DNA from: Christensenellales bacterium
GTDB taxonomy: Bacteria; Bacillota; Clostridia; Christensenellales; UBA1431
Direction: 5' to 3'
NCBI GenBank assembly: GCA_040766645.1
Contig: JAXGQA010000001.1
Location: 23,506-87,505, forward strand
DNA: 64,000 bases
Under the pieces are notes generated by a model that was not told where the DNA came from, searched no databases, and saw only the letters and a program-made list of their open reading frames with translations. The position numbers were made by a program, and so were the translations under genes. Position 1 is the stretch's first letter, and the number at the start of each line of letters is the position of its first letter. Below are positions 8,722-17,282 of the stretch, in pieces.

Positions 8722-9599
8722 ATGCGCGTCGAATTCAACCGGGAAACGCAGCGGCTGGCCGTTATCGGCGACCCCATCGCCCACAGCCTGTCTCCCGTCA
8801 TCCACAATGCACTGTACGGGGCAATGGGCATAAACGCCTTTTACCAGCCTTTATTCGTCCCCAAAGGGCGCATAGAAATCATGAACGACGCCATACCCAT
8901 GCTTTCCCTTCGCGGGTTCAACGTCACCATGCCGCACAAACAGGCCGTCTTCGCGCTGCTGGATGAAGTCGGGTCCAGCGCGCAGCGCCATCAGTCGGTG
9001 AACACGGTCTGCGTGCGGGAGGGAAGGCTTATCGGCCATTCCACCGACGCCCAGGGGTTCGCGCTGGCCCTCGCGGCGCGCGGGTTAGGGTTTGAAGGCC
9101 GCGACGTGGTGATACTGGGCGCGGGCGGCGTGTCCGGCGCGCTGGCGCTGGAAGCCGCGACCAACGGCGCCCGGAGCGTATCCATCCTCAACCGTACCCC
9201 CGAACGCGCGGACGCGCTGGCTTCCCGCGTGAGCCAGCTTTCCGGCGCGCGCGTCCAATCGGCCGGATTCACTGCGCGGGAGCTGGAATTGTTCGCCGCC
9301 AGGGCCACCCTTCTGATAAACGCGACGCCACTGGGGATGGAGGGCTGCGGCGATTTTGTCTCCCTCGTCCTTCTGCGAGCGCTTCCCAAGGACGCCGTGG
9401 TGTGCGACCTCATCTACGACCCGCCGGCCACCAGGCTTTTGGAGGAGGCCCGTGCGCTGGGGCACATTGCCATGAACGGCCTGGGGATGCTCATCATCAG
9501 GCGTTCGCGGCATTCGAGCACTTCTTCGGCGTCATGCCCGGCGATAACGAGCTGCGAGCGGTCCAGGCCGCACTCAAGGCCGAGCGGGGCATCGGTTAA
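8722..9599 (+). pseudogene. aroE: shikimate dehydrogenase, frameshifted near the C-terminus as sequenced
   Basis: MRVEFNRETQRLAVIGDPIAHSLSPVIHN...FNVTMPHKQ...ILGAGGVSGA. After ...NGLGML (about 9490) the conserved tail HQAFAAFEHFFGVMPG...ERGIG continues in the frame of ORF 9402..9599. One base appears to be missing. Confidence 0.85.
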
Positions 9600-10096
9600 A
9601 GCCCGAGCGCATCCCGTATCTTCCGGATGACGTCCTCCACGCTCCCCGCGCCGTCGATGATATGGTCGGCCGACGCGCGGTAGGTTCCGATGCGCGACGT
9701 GTAGAGGCCCAGGAGCCTTTGCTTGCCGTCCTTCAGAAGCGGGCGGTGCCCGGTTTCAATGTCCGATAGAATATTTTCAAGCGGCCTGTCGATGAAAACG
9801 ACAACGCCGCTTGTTTTCATGGCCGCGACGTTTTGGGGGCGCAGCACGCTCCCCCCGCCGGTGGCCACCACCCGACCATCCCCGGCGGCCGCCGCACAGA
9901 TAGCGACGGTTTCCATGTCCCTGAACACCGCTTCCCCGTCCTCTTCGAATATACGGCTTATCGTGCGCCCCGCCGTCTTTTCGATTTCCTCGTCGAGGTC
10001 CAGCGCCGTAAGGCCGGCCGCCTCGGCCAGTGCCCGCGCGATGGTGCTCTTGCCACAGCCCGGCATGCCGGTGAGAAAGACGTTCACCCTACGCAC
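9596..10096 (-). CDS. aroK: shikimate kinase
   Basis: 166 aa. The N-terminus VFLTGMPGCGKSTIARALA contains a Walker A motif. Size is typical. Confidence 0.9.
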   Translation of the reverse strand: MRRVNVFLTGMPGCGKSTIARALAEAAGLTALDLDEEIEKTAGRTISRIFEEDGEAVFRDMETVAICAAAAGDGRVVATGGGSVLRPQNVAAMKTSGVVVFIDRPLENILSDIETGHRPLLKDGKQRLLGLYTSRIGTYRASADHIIDGAGSVEDVIRKIRDALGL

Positions 10097-11204
10097 CTCC
10101 CGCGCTCAGATACCGCCCCAGCACCCGGCAGGACTCGCTCTGTTTTTCGAGAACAGAGAGCACTTTTTCTATGCGCGGGTCGTCCCCGGTACCCTGAAAA
10201 TCGATGAAAAACAGGTATTCCCAGTTGGTGTCCGGAGAAGGCCGCGCTTCCAGGCGCAAAAGGTTGATACCCGCCTCGGCCAGCGGCTTCAACGCCGCGT
10301 ACAGCGTCCCGTGCGTGTTTTTCAGCCGCAGGAGTATGCTCACTTTGTCGCTGGGGCCGGTGTGCGGCTGCGCGGCGATCACGATGAACCGCGTGTGGTT
10401 CCGGCCGGAGTCGTGGATGTCCGGGCAGAGGATGCTAAGGCCGTACCGCTCGGCCGCGTGCCGCCCGGCGATGGCGGCCAGCGTCCTGTCCTTCCGTTCA
10501 GCCACCAACCGCGCGCTGACCGCCGTGTTGTAGTAGGGTATCCGCTCCCAGTCCGGGTGCGCGTCCAGGAACCGCGCGCACTGCTGAAGGCCCTGCGTAT
10601 GGGAATACACCTTTTTTATATCGCCGACATTAGCGCCGGGCACACCCAGCAGGCAGTGCTCAATACGCAGGATGACCTCGCCGGTGATATGGCAGCAATG
10701 CCGTGCCAAAAGCTCGTGCACCTCTATGACGGCGCCGGTGGTGGAATTTTCTATCGGCAGAACGCCGTGCCGCGCCCTGCCATCCAACACGGCCTGTATC
10801 ACGTCCTCGAAGCTGTCAAGAGGCATGCGGTTTTCATTTTCCCCGAAATACGCTATCAGCGCCTCCTCGCCGTACGCGCCGGACACGCCCTGATACGCGG
10901 CGCCCCCGCCGGCCGGGACAACGGCAGCGCGCGGCGCGGGTCCTTGCGTGCGGCGCTGTTCGTCCCGGCTCAGGTTTATCAGAGTGCGGAAAAACGCCTC
11001 CGCGCTGCCTGCCAGCGTTCTGTCCTCCAACCGCGCTACCCGCTCGAGCAGCATGGTCTGCTCGCGCCCGGCGTCCAGCACCGGCAGCCCGTGTTCCTCT
11101 TTGTAGCGCGCTATCTCCCGCGCAATGCGCATGCGTTGCTCGAAAAGCCGCAAAAGCTCCGCGTCCACGGCGTCTATTTGCTGTCGCAGTTCCTCCAGAT
11201 TCAC
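10089..11204 (-). CDS. pheA: bifunctional chorismate mutase / prephenate dehydratase (P-protein) with ACT domain
   Basis: The CM domain is NLEELRQQIDAVDAELLRLFEQRMRIAREIARYK. The PDT domain is AYQGVSGAYGEEA...PIENSTTGAV. The ACT tail is SILLRLKNTHGTLY. The likely start is GTG 11204, which overlaps the aroC stop as GTGA. Confidence 0.88.
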   Translation of the reverse strand: MNLEELRQQIDAVDAELLRLFEQRMRIAREIARYKEEHGLPVLDAGREQTMLLERVARLEDRTLAGSAEAFFRTLINLSRDEQRRTQGPAPRAAVVPAGGGAAYQGVSGAYGEEALIAYFGENENRMPLDSFEDVIQAVLDGRARHGVLPIENSTTGAVIEVHELLARHCCHITGEVILRIEHCLLGVPGANVGDIKKVYSHTQGLQQCARFLDAHPDWERIPYYNTAVSARLVAERKDRTLAAIAGRHAAERYGLSILCPDIHDSGRNHTRFIVIAAQPHTGPSDKVSILLRLKNTHGTLYAALKPLAEAGINLLRLEARPSPDTNWEYLFFIDFQGTGDDPRIEKVLSVLEKQSESCRVLGRYLSAGGA

Positions 11205-12286
11205 GGCCTCACCCCGCTTTCCAGCGCCGCGTCGGCAATGGCGACGAGCACCGCGGCCTCCACGACGCACACGGCGCGGGGCACGATGCAGGCGTCGTGC
11301 CGGCCGGCTATCTCGATTTCGGCATCCGTGCCTTTTTGGAGGTCAACCGTCCTTTGCGGCCGCGCTATGGACGGCGTGGGCTTTATGGCGGCACGCACTA
11401 CGAGGGGCATTCCGTTGGTGATGCCGCCCTGTATCCCGCCGTTATGGTTGGTTGCGGTCACCACCCGCCCGTCCTTATACAGATAGCCTCCGTTGGCATC
11501 AGAGGCGCGCATATCGGCTATTTTAAACCCCGCGCCAAACTCCACGCCCTTGACGGCGGGAACGGAAAACACCAGCGACGCAACGCGGCTCTCCAGCGAA
11601 TCGAAGAACGGGTCGCCCCACCCGGCCGGAAGACCCAGCGCAACGCACTCGACCACACCGCCCACCGAATCCTTTTCCTCCAGCGCCTTCTTAATCGCGT
11701 CCTGCATCGCTGCGCCTCGGGCCGCTTCCAGCACGGGAAACGCGCTTTCTCTCAGCGTTTGCAAAAGTGCCGCGTCCGCGTCATTGAGCGGCGCGTCGTC
11801 CACGCCCCCCAGCCGCGCGATGCGCGCGCCGGCCGTGACGCCCATCTGCGCGAGATACCCCCGCGCCAGCGCGCCCGCGAACACCAGCGGCGCGGTCAGC
11901 CGCCCTGAAAAATGTCCGCCGCCGCGCGCGTCGTTAAAGCCTTCGTATTTGACATAACCGGTGTAGTCCGCGTGTCCCGGACGGGGAAGGGAAGCGAGCG
12001 CCGCGTAATCGCCCGAGCGCGCGTCCGCGTTCTCGATGATACCGCATATGGGGGTGCCGGCCGCGCGGCCGTTCAGCACGCCGCTCACGATGCGCACCTT
12101 GTCGGGTTAGCGCCGCGCGGTGGACATCCAGCTCTGGCCGGGGCGCGCCGCGCCATGTCCGCCGCTATCGCCGCCCCGTCCACCGGCGTGCCGGGCGGCA
12201 GGCCGTCCACCACCATGCCGATGGCCGCGCCGTGCGATCTCGCCGAATATCGTCAGCCGAAGCCTTCTACCCCATGTCCCGCTCAA
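11201..12286 (-). pseudogene. aroC: chorismate synthase carrying three lesions in its first 60 codons as sequenced
   Basis: WGRRLRLTIFGE is in one frame (possible TTG start at 12286). SHGAAIGMVVDGLPPGTPVDGAAIAADMARRAPG is in another frame, entered by an extra base near 12238 and left by a missing G near 12138-12139. Then comes QSWMSTARR, an in-frame TAA (12109-12107) where the conserved Glu of RRE-PD is expected, then PDKVRIVSGVLNG... The remaining 298 aa are intact. Confidence 0.85.
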
Positions 12287-13544
12287 ATGCCTGTCCTCCC
12301 AAACTTCTGAATTCGTCCCAGAACGCCGCCGCCGACTTGCTGACGCACTCCCAGCCGTCGATGACCACGTCCTGATCACAGATGGCCGACGCAACGGCCA
12401 GCGACATGGCCATGCGGTGGTCGTTGTGGCTGCCGCAAACGCCGCCCTTCAGGCGCCCCGTGCCCGCGATGGTCAGGCCGTCCGCGTGCTCGGTGATATC
12501 CGCGCCCAGCGCACGCAGCTCACTGGCGACGGCCGATAAACGGTCGCTCTCTTTCAGGCGGAGCCGCGCGGCGTTGACGATGCGCGTTTCCCCGGTGGCC
12601 GCACAGGCGGCGACAGCCAGCGCCGGTATCAGGTCGGGGATCTGCGCCGCGTCTATCTCGGTGCCCGAAAGGTGCCCGCCGGACACATGGACGCCCTCCG
12701 AGTCCTCGGTCACGTGCGCGCCCATGCGCCGCAGTATGTCCATCGCCGCGCGATCCCCTTGCGCCGTGTCCGGCGGCAGTCCGGTCAGCGTGACCTCCCC
12801 GCCGATGGCTCCGGCCACCAGAAAAAAGGCCGCGTGCGAGTAATCGCCCTCTATCCGCACGCTTTGGGGCACGTACTTCTGGTTCCCGGGCACGCGCAGT
12901 ATGGAATCGTGCAAAAAATCCGAGAAAACGCCGAAAAGCGCCTGCATCCGCCGCGTCATCTCCACGTACCCGCGCGATTCCAGCGGCGAGGTCAGCCGTA
13001 TCTCGGAATCGCCATCAAGCACCGGCAGTACGAACAGCAGCCCGGTCAGAAACTGCGAGGAAACGTTCCCCGGCATTCTGAACACGCCCGGCGTCAGCGC
13101 CCCGGACACGGTGATGCTGTTCCCGTCAGCCTTCCAGCCGATGCCGCGGCTCTCGAACAGCGTGCTGTAGACATCCATGGGCCGTCGCATCAGCCGTCCG
13201 CGGCCCACGAATGTCGCGGGGCCGCCCCCGATGAGCGCCATGGGCAGCAGGAACCGAAGGGTGGAGCCGGACTCCATGCAGTCCACGCGCCGCTCTTTTT
13301 CGGGCGGCATCAGGCCTCCGGTGATGCGCAGCCGACCGCTTTCCGCCTGGGCGGAAACGAGACCGAGCGCACGCAGGCCGTCAAGCGTCGCGCGGACGTC
13401 GTCGGACAGCGCGATATTGTCTATCACCGAAACGCCGACGGCCAGCGCGGCGCAACACAGCGCGCGGTGCGCGGCGCTCTTGGAGGGCTGGACATGAAGT
13501 ATCCCCGACAGCTTCTTTGGAGAAACGGTCATCCAGCCCATCAC
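12267..13544 (-). CDS. aroA: 3-phosphoshikimate 1-carboxyvinyltransferase (EPSP synthase)
   Basis: 425 aa with LSGILHVQPSKSAAHRAL... and ...NDHRMAMSLAVA. Its start overlaps the aroB stop (GTGA at 13541-13544). Confidence 0.92.
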   Translation of the reverse strand: MMGWMTVSPKKLSGILHVQPSKSAAHRALCCAALAVGVSVIDNIALSDDVRATLDGLRALGLVSAQAESGRLRITGGLMPPEKERRVDCMESGSTLRFLLPMALIGGGPATFVGRGRLMRRPMDVYSTLFESRGIGWKADGNSITVSGALTPGVFRMPGNVSSQFLTGLLFVLPVLDGDSEIRLTSPLESRGYVEMTRRMQALFGVFSDFLHDSILRVPGNQKYVPQSVRIEGDYSHAAFFLVAGAIGGEVTLTGLPPDTAQGDRAAMDILRRMGAHVTEDSEGVHVSGGHLSGTEIDAAQIPDLIPALAVAACAATGETRIVNAARLRLKESDRLSAVASELRALGADITEHADGLTIAGTGRLKGGVCGSHNDHRMAMSLAVASAICDQDVVIDGWECVSKSAAAFWDEFRSLGGQAFERDMG

Positions 13545-14635
13545 GCCGCACCCCCGCCCATCAGCGCATACAGTTCGTCCTTGGGCATCCGGTGCAGGCA
13601 GGCCTTCCCGATATCGGTGAGCAGCACGAGGTCGATGTAACCCCCCACGCCTTTTTTATCGACCAGCATGGCTTCGGTCACCGGGCGCAGTTCGGCGGCG
13701 GACGCGACGATGGGCAGGTCCAGCGCTTCCAGCAGGCGGCGGATGCGGCTCGCCGTACCCGCCGGCGTAACGCCCAGCCGCTCGCCCCACCTGGCCGCCT
13801 CGACCATCCCGACGCACACCGCCTCGCCGTGCAGAAGCGTGCCGTACCCCAGCGCCTGCTCCAGCGCGTGGCCCAGCGTGTGCCCGAAGTTAAGTTCCTT
13901 GCGGGCGTCGTTGTCAAACGTATCGCGGCGGACGTAATCGGCCTTTATCGCGCAGCACCGGCTGACGATGCCGGGCATCTCAGCATGAAGCGCGTCCCGC
14001 GAACCGGCGCTTTCCAGCGATTCAAAGAGTTCCGCGTCGAAAATGCAGCCGTACTTGACCACCTCGCCCAGCCCCGCGCCAAATTCGCGCGCGCTCAGCG
14101 TTTTGAGCGCGCCGGTGTCGCACAGGACCAGTTTGGGCTGCGCGAAGACGCCGACAAGGTTCTTCCCCTCGGGCAAATTAACCGCGACCTTGCCGCCTAC
14201 GCTGCTGTCTACCTGCGCAAGCAGCGTCGTCGGGACCTGCACCACGTCCACGCCCCGAAGATACGTTGCGGCCGCGTACCCCGCGAGGTCCCCGACCACG
14301 CCGCCGCCCAGGGCGAATACGCAATCGGCGCGGGTCAGGCCCATCCGGATAAACCGGCTGTACAACGAAAGCAGCGTGCCGTGGCCCTTGCTTTCCTCCC
14401 CCGGCTCTATGACGACGGCCCCGGCCGTCACGCCTGCCCGTTTGAGCGCGCCCATAAGCGCGTCCGCGTACAGCGGCGCGACGTTCTCGTCGGTAACCAC
14501 AGCCGCCCTGCGCCCCGCGAATCCGGACAGATACCGGTCGGCGTTCATGATGGCGCCGTCTTCCACGATGATGTCGTACCGGCTCCCGGCCGCCTCCACT
14601 GTCACACGGTCAGTCATGCGTTCCTCCATGCTCAT
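13541..14635 (-). CDS. aroB: 3-dehydroquinate synthase
   Basis: 364 aa with GEESKGHGTL, ALGGGVVGDLAGYAAATYLRGV, PTTLLAQVDSSVGGK and NFGHTLGHA. Confidence 0.93.
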   Translation of the reverse strand: MSMEERMTDRVTVEAAGSRYDIIVEDGAIMNADRYLSGFAGRRAAVVTDENVAPLYADALMGALKRAGVTAGAVVIEPGEESKGHGTLLSLYSRFIRMGLTRADCVFALGGGVVGDLAGYAAATYLRGVDVVQVPTTLLAQVDSSVGGKVAVNLPEGKNLVGVFAQPKLVLCDTGALKTLSAREFGAGLGEVVKYGCIFDAELFESLESAGSRDALHAEMPGIVSRCCAIKADYVRRDTFDNDARKELNFGHTLGHALEQALGYGTLLHGEAVCVGMVEAARWGERLGVTPAGTASRIRRLLEALDLPIVASAAELRPVTEAMLVDKKGVGGYIDLVLLTDIGKACLHRMPKDELYALMGGGAA

Positions 14636-15648
14636 GCTATTTTGCGCCCCACCACCTGCGCCAGTGCCCGAAGCTGAGTCATCAGCCGGTCAAACTGTTC
14701 GGGCGTCAGGGACTGCTGCCCGTCGCACAGCGCGTTGGCCGGGTCGTTATGGACCTCTATCAAAAGCCCGTCCGCGCCGGCTGCCACCGCGGCGGCGGCC
14801 ATCGACGGCACCAGCCACGCCTTGCCGGTCGCATGGGACGGGTCGACGATGACCGGCAGGTGCGTCATGCGCTTGGCTGACGGGATGGAGCTTAAGTCCA
14901 GCGAATTGCGGGTGAAGCTCTCGAATGTCCGGATGCCGCGCTCGCAGAGTATCACGTTCGGGTTGCCCTGCGCCATGATGTACTCGGCCGACATGATCCA
15001 TTCTTCTATGGTAGAGGACATTCCGCGTTTTAGCAAGATGGGCTTGTTCGTTCGCCCTACCTCCTTGAGCAAATCGAAGTTCTGCATGTTGCGCGTTCCA
15101 ATCTGTATGACGTCCACCATCAGTTCGAACGTTTCCACCTGCCGCGGCGCGACGATCTCGCTGACGATGGGCATGTTCACCTCAGCGCGGACCTTATAAA
15201 GCGTGTCGATGCCCTGCTTTTCAAGGCCCTGGAACGCGTAGGGCGAGGTCCGGGGCTTGTAGGCCCCCCCGCGCAGGGCGACGGCCCCCGACGCCTTGAC
15301 CGCGTGGGCGATGCTGGAAAGCTGCTCGAAGCTCTCCACCGAACACGGCCCCGCGATGACGGCCAGCGCGTTCCCGCCGATTTCGACGTCGCCAACCTGC
15401 ACGACGGTGTCCTCCGGATGGAACTTCCGGTTCGCCTTTTTGTAGGGTTCCGATACCTGCATCACCCGATCCACGCCCTCGCGCAGCTCAAGCTTTTCCC
15501 TATCGAGGGACAGTGTATCCCCCAGCACGCCAAGCACGGTACATTCCACCCCCTTGTTGATCTGCACCTGCATCCCCTTGTCATGCAGTTCCTGAACGAT
15601 GGGCTGTATCTCGTTTTCTGTAGCTTCCGGCTTCATGATAACGATCAT
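14632..15648 (-). CDS. aroF: 3-deoxy-7-phosphoheptulonate (DAHP) synthase, type I-beta, with N-terminal ferredoxin-like regulatory domain
   Basis: MIVIMKPEATENEIQ... forms the N-terminal domain. The catalytic core has AGPCSVES, LRGGAYKPRTSPYAFQG and DPSHATG. ATG 15648 lies 10 nt after GAAAGGAG. The stop overlaps the aroB start as ATGA. Confidence 0.92.
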   Translation of the reverse strand: MIVIMKPEATENEIQPIVQELHDKGMQVQINKGVECTVLGVLGDTLSLDREKLELREGVDRVMQVSEPYKKANRKFHPEDTVVQVGDVEIGGNALAVIAGPCSVESFEQLSSIAHAVKASGAVALRGGAYKPRTSPYAFQGLEKQGIDTLYKVRAEVNMPIVSEIVAPRQVETFELMVDVIQIGTRNMQNFDLLKEVGRTNKPILLKRGMSSTIEEWIMSAEYIMAQGNPNVILCERGIRTFESFTRNSLDLSSIPSAKRMTHLPVIVDPSHATGKAWLVPSMAAAAVAAGADGLLIEVHNDPANALCDGQQSLTPEQFDRLMTQLRALAQVVGRKIA

Positions 15649-15671
15649 GGTCACAGCACTCCTTTCATGCA

Positions 15672-15711
15672 AACAAAAAACCGCGAAGCGCTCATCGCTG
15701 AGCCTTCACGG
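15672..15711 (-). terminator. attenuator terminator between the leader ORF and aroF
   Basis: The minus-strand RNA reads CCGUGAAG-GCUCA-GCGA-UGAGC-G-CUUCGCGG, which is 13 bp with one bulge and a GNRA loop (15711-15681). It is followed by UUUUUUGUUU. The aroF SD follows immediately. Confidence 0.8.
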
Positions 15712-15747
15712 TTAGGACCAGATTATAGCTTCCGCTATGCCATCCTT

Positions 15748-15858
15748 TTACCCGCTCAAAGCCAACGATGTTTTCCTGGTAAACCAAAAGTAGCCGTAGC
15801 CGAAATAGCGGCTAAAGCTGTTAAACCAGAAAAACAAGGTTGTGCAGGATTGCGACAT
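15748..15858 (-). CDS. candidate aro-operon leader peptide, 36 aa, Phe/Trp/Tyr-rich
   Basis: AGGAGG (15873-15868) is followed after 9 nt by ATG 15858. I translated it codon by codon as MSQSCTTLFFWFNSFSRYFGYGYFWFTRKTSLALSG, ending at TAA 15750-15748. It contains 7 Phe, 2 Trp and 3 Tyr, all within codons 9-26. It is below the ORF-track length cut-off. Confidence 0.7.
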   Translation of the reverse strand: MSQSCTTLFFWFNSFSRYFGYGYFWFTRKTSLALSG

Positions 15859-15884
15859 ATACGGATTCCTCCTAGGTTAATCTG

Positions 15885-15913
15885 AGTGTATCATTTTGCT
15901 ATTCAAATTGCAA
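15885..15913 (-). promoter_or_regulatory. candidate sigma-A promoter of the aro leader
   Basis: On the minus strand: TTGCAA (15913-15908), a 17-nt spacer ending in TG, then TACACT (15890-15885). This is an extended -10 configuration. Confidence 0.45.
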
Positions 15914-15944
15914 GAGAAAACTTTTTTAAACTAAAAAATATACT

Positions 15945-17282
15945 GGTACCGTCAAGAAAATTTCGCAAATTTAATTGCCGCCTGGTGGGTGGCAGCTAGC
16001 TGATAGCTGAACCGGCCTCTTCTTTCAACATTTCGTCCAGGTGAGTCATGCTCATATATCGCCTGGTGCCCCAGGCCTTGCCGGCAACGTGCCTGAGCCG
16101 GGCACAGACCAGCATTAGTGCGGATTTACCGTCCGGAAAGGTGCTCACAACACGAGTTCTTCGCCGGATTTCTCGGTTGAGGCGTTCGATGACATTGTTG
16201 CTGCGCAGTTTCGACCAGTGGGCGTAGGGGAAATCCACAGGTCAGGTTTCAAGGATGCTGTCTTCGATCTTTTAGCAGCCTCCTTCAGCTTCATCTCCCG
16301 AAGCTTCGCAGCCACTGCCGCTGCCTTCTCTGGCTGCTTCCTTATTCTCCTGGGCATGAATAGCCTGGAGCATTGCGGCCACCTCTTTCATCTTTGACCT
16401 GGGCGTAACGGAAAACACGTTCCTGTAGAAGTGAACCGTGCAGCGCTGGAACCGGGCATCGGGAAAGGTTTCATTAACAGCTTCCAACAGCCCCAGGCAT
16501 TTGTCTCCGATGAATAGCTGCGTGCCTGCAAGCCCCCTCTGCCTGAGGCTTTTCAGAACTCCTGCCAGCTGGTCTTGTCCTCTTTCATTCCTCAGAAGCG
16601 CCAATCACTTCCCGGAATCCCTCCTCATTGACTGCCATAGCAATCAGAATAGCAACGTTCTCGTACGTGCCGCCCCAGTTGCGTTTGAGATAAATTCCGT
16701 CGACGTACACATAAGGGTATTGCCCTGTAATGGCCGGTTCCGCCACGTCTCGATGTGTCCGTAGACCTTCTGATTCAGATGGCTCACCGTACCGGCTGAT
16801 ACCTTCGTTCCCCAAAGCGCTTCCGTGATGTCTTCCACACGGCGTACCGAGACACCGGCCAGATACATCTCGATCAAGGCTTCTTCCACCGAGCTTTCCC
16901 GGCGCCGGTACGTTCACCAGATAGCGGTTTCAAATGCAACTCCCTTGAGCTGGCATTTTCAGCTTTACATCGCCTGAGGTAGTGGTCAGATCGCGTTCAT
17001 AGTGCCCGAGCGGTACCCCTTGTGGTCTTCCGTCCGTTCATACCGGCCTGCATTCGTCACTTGCTGCTTCCTGGTTTAGCAAGTTATTGAGGGTTTCCTC
17101 CACGCTGTGGCGCACAAGCTCTTTCAACTCCTGCTTTATAGCTCCCTGTTCAGGTGTATATTTTATCGGACACGTTCGCAGCCCCTTTCTGGTGAATGGT
17201 GTGACAACTTATTCTACCAAGCGGCTGCGTCCATGTCCCTTTCTTTATGACGCATTTTCTAATTTGCGCAATTTATGATACC
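15945..17282 (-). mobile_element. IS256-family insertion sequence (about 1.34 kb) with a degraded transposase
   Basis: The ends share an imperfect inverted repeat: GGTACCGTCAAGAAAATTTCGCAAATT at 15945 versus the reverse complement of 17282, GGTATCATAAATTGCGCAAATT. Size is typical of IS256. I could not find a convincing target duplication, so the boundaries are approximate. Confidence 0.7.
15996..17173 (-). pseudogene. IS256-family (mutator-type) transposase broken into at least 5 frame segments
   Basis: Segments in order: TPEQGAIKQELKELVRHSVEETLNNLL; EEALIEMYLAGVSVRRVEDITEALWG; YPYVYVDGIYLKRNWGGTYENVAILIAMAV; LFIGDKCLGLLEAVNETFPDARFQRCTVHFYRNV; DFPYAHWSKLRSNNVIERLNREIRRRTRVV. They are spread over ORFs 16585..16917, 16644..16889, 16272..16604, 16145..16357 and 15996..16238. 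Confidence 0.85.

Noticed and set aside
12107-12109. In-frame stop codons (TAA in aroC; TGA at 32796-32798 in the aspartase homolog) as programmed recoding or selenocysteine.
   Set aside because: The aroC stop replaces a conserved Glu (a single G to T change). The TGA lies in a patch where neighbouring conserved segments are in other frames. No SECIS-like context was evident. Mutation or consensus error is the simpler explanation.
15672-15945. T-box riboswitch as the regulator of the aro operon.
   Set aside because: No T-box sequence (AGGGUGGUACCGCG-like) or specifier-loop architecture is present in the leader. The only GGTACCG word (15945-15951) belongs to the IS256 terminal repeat on the other side of the promoter. 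The leader instead contains a translatable aromatic-rich ORF.
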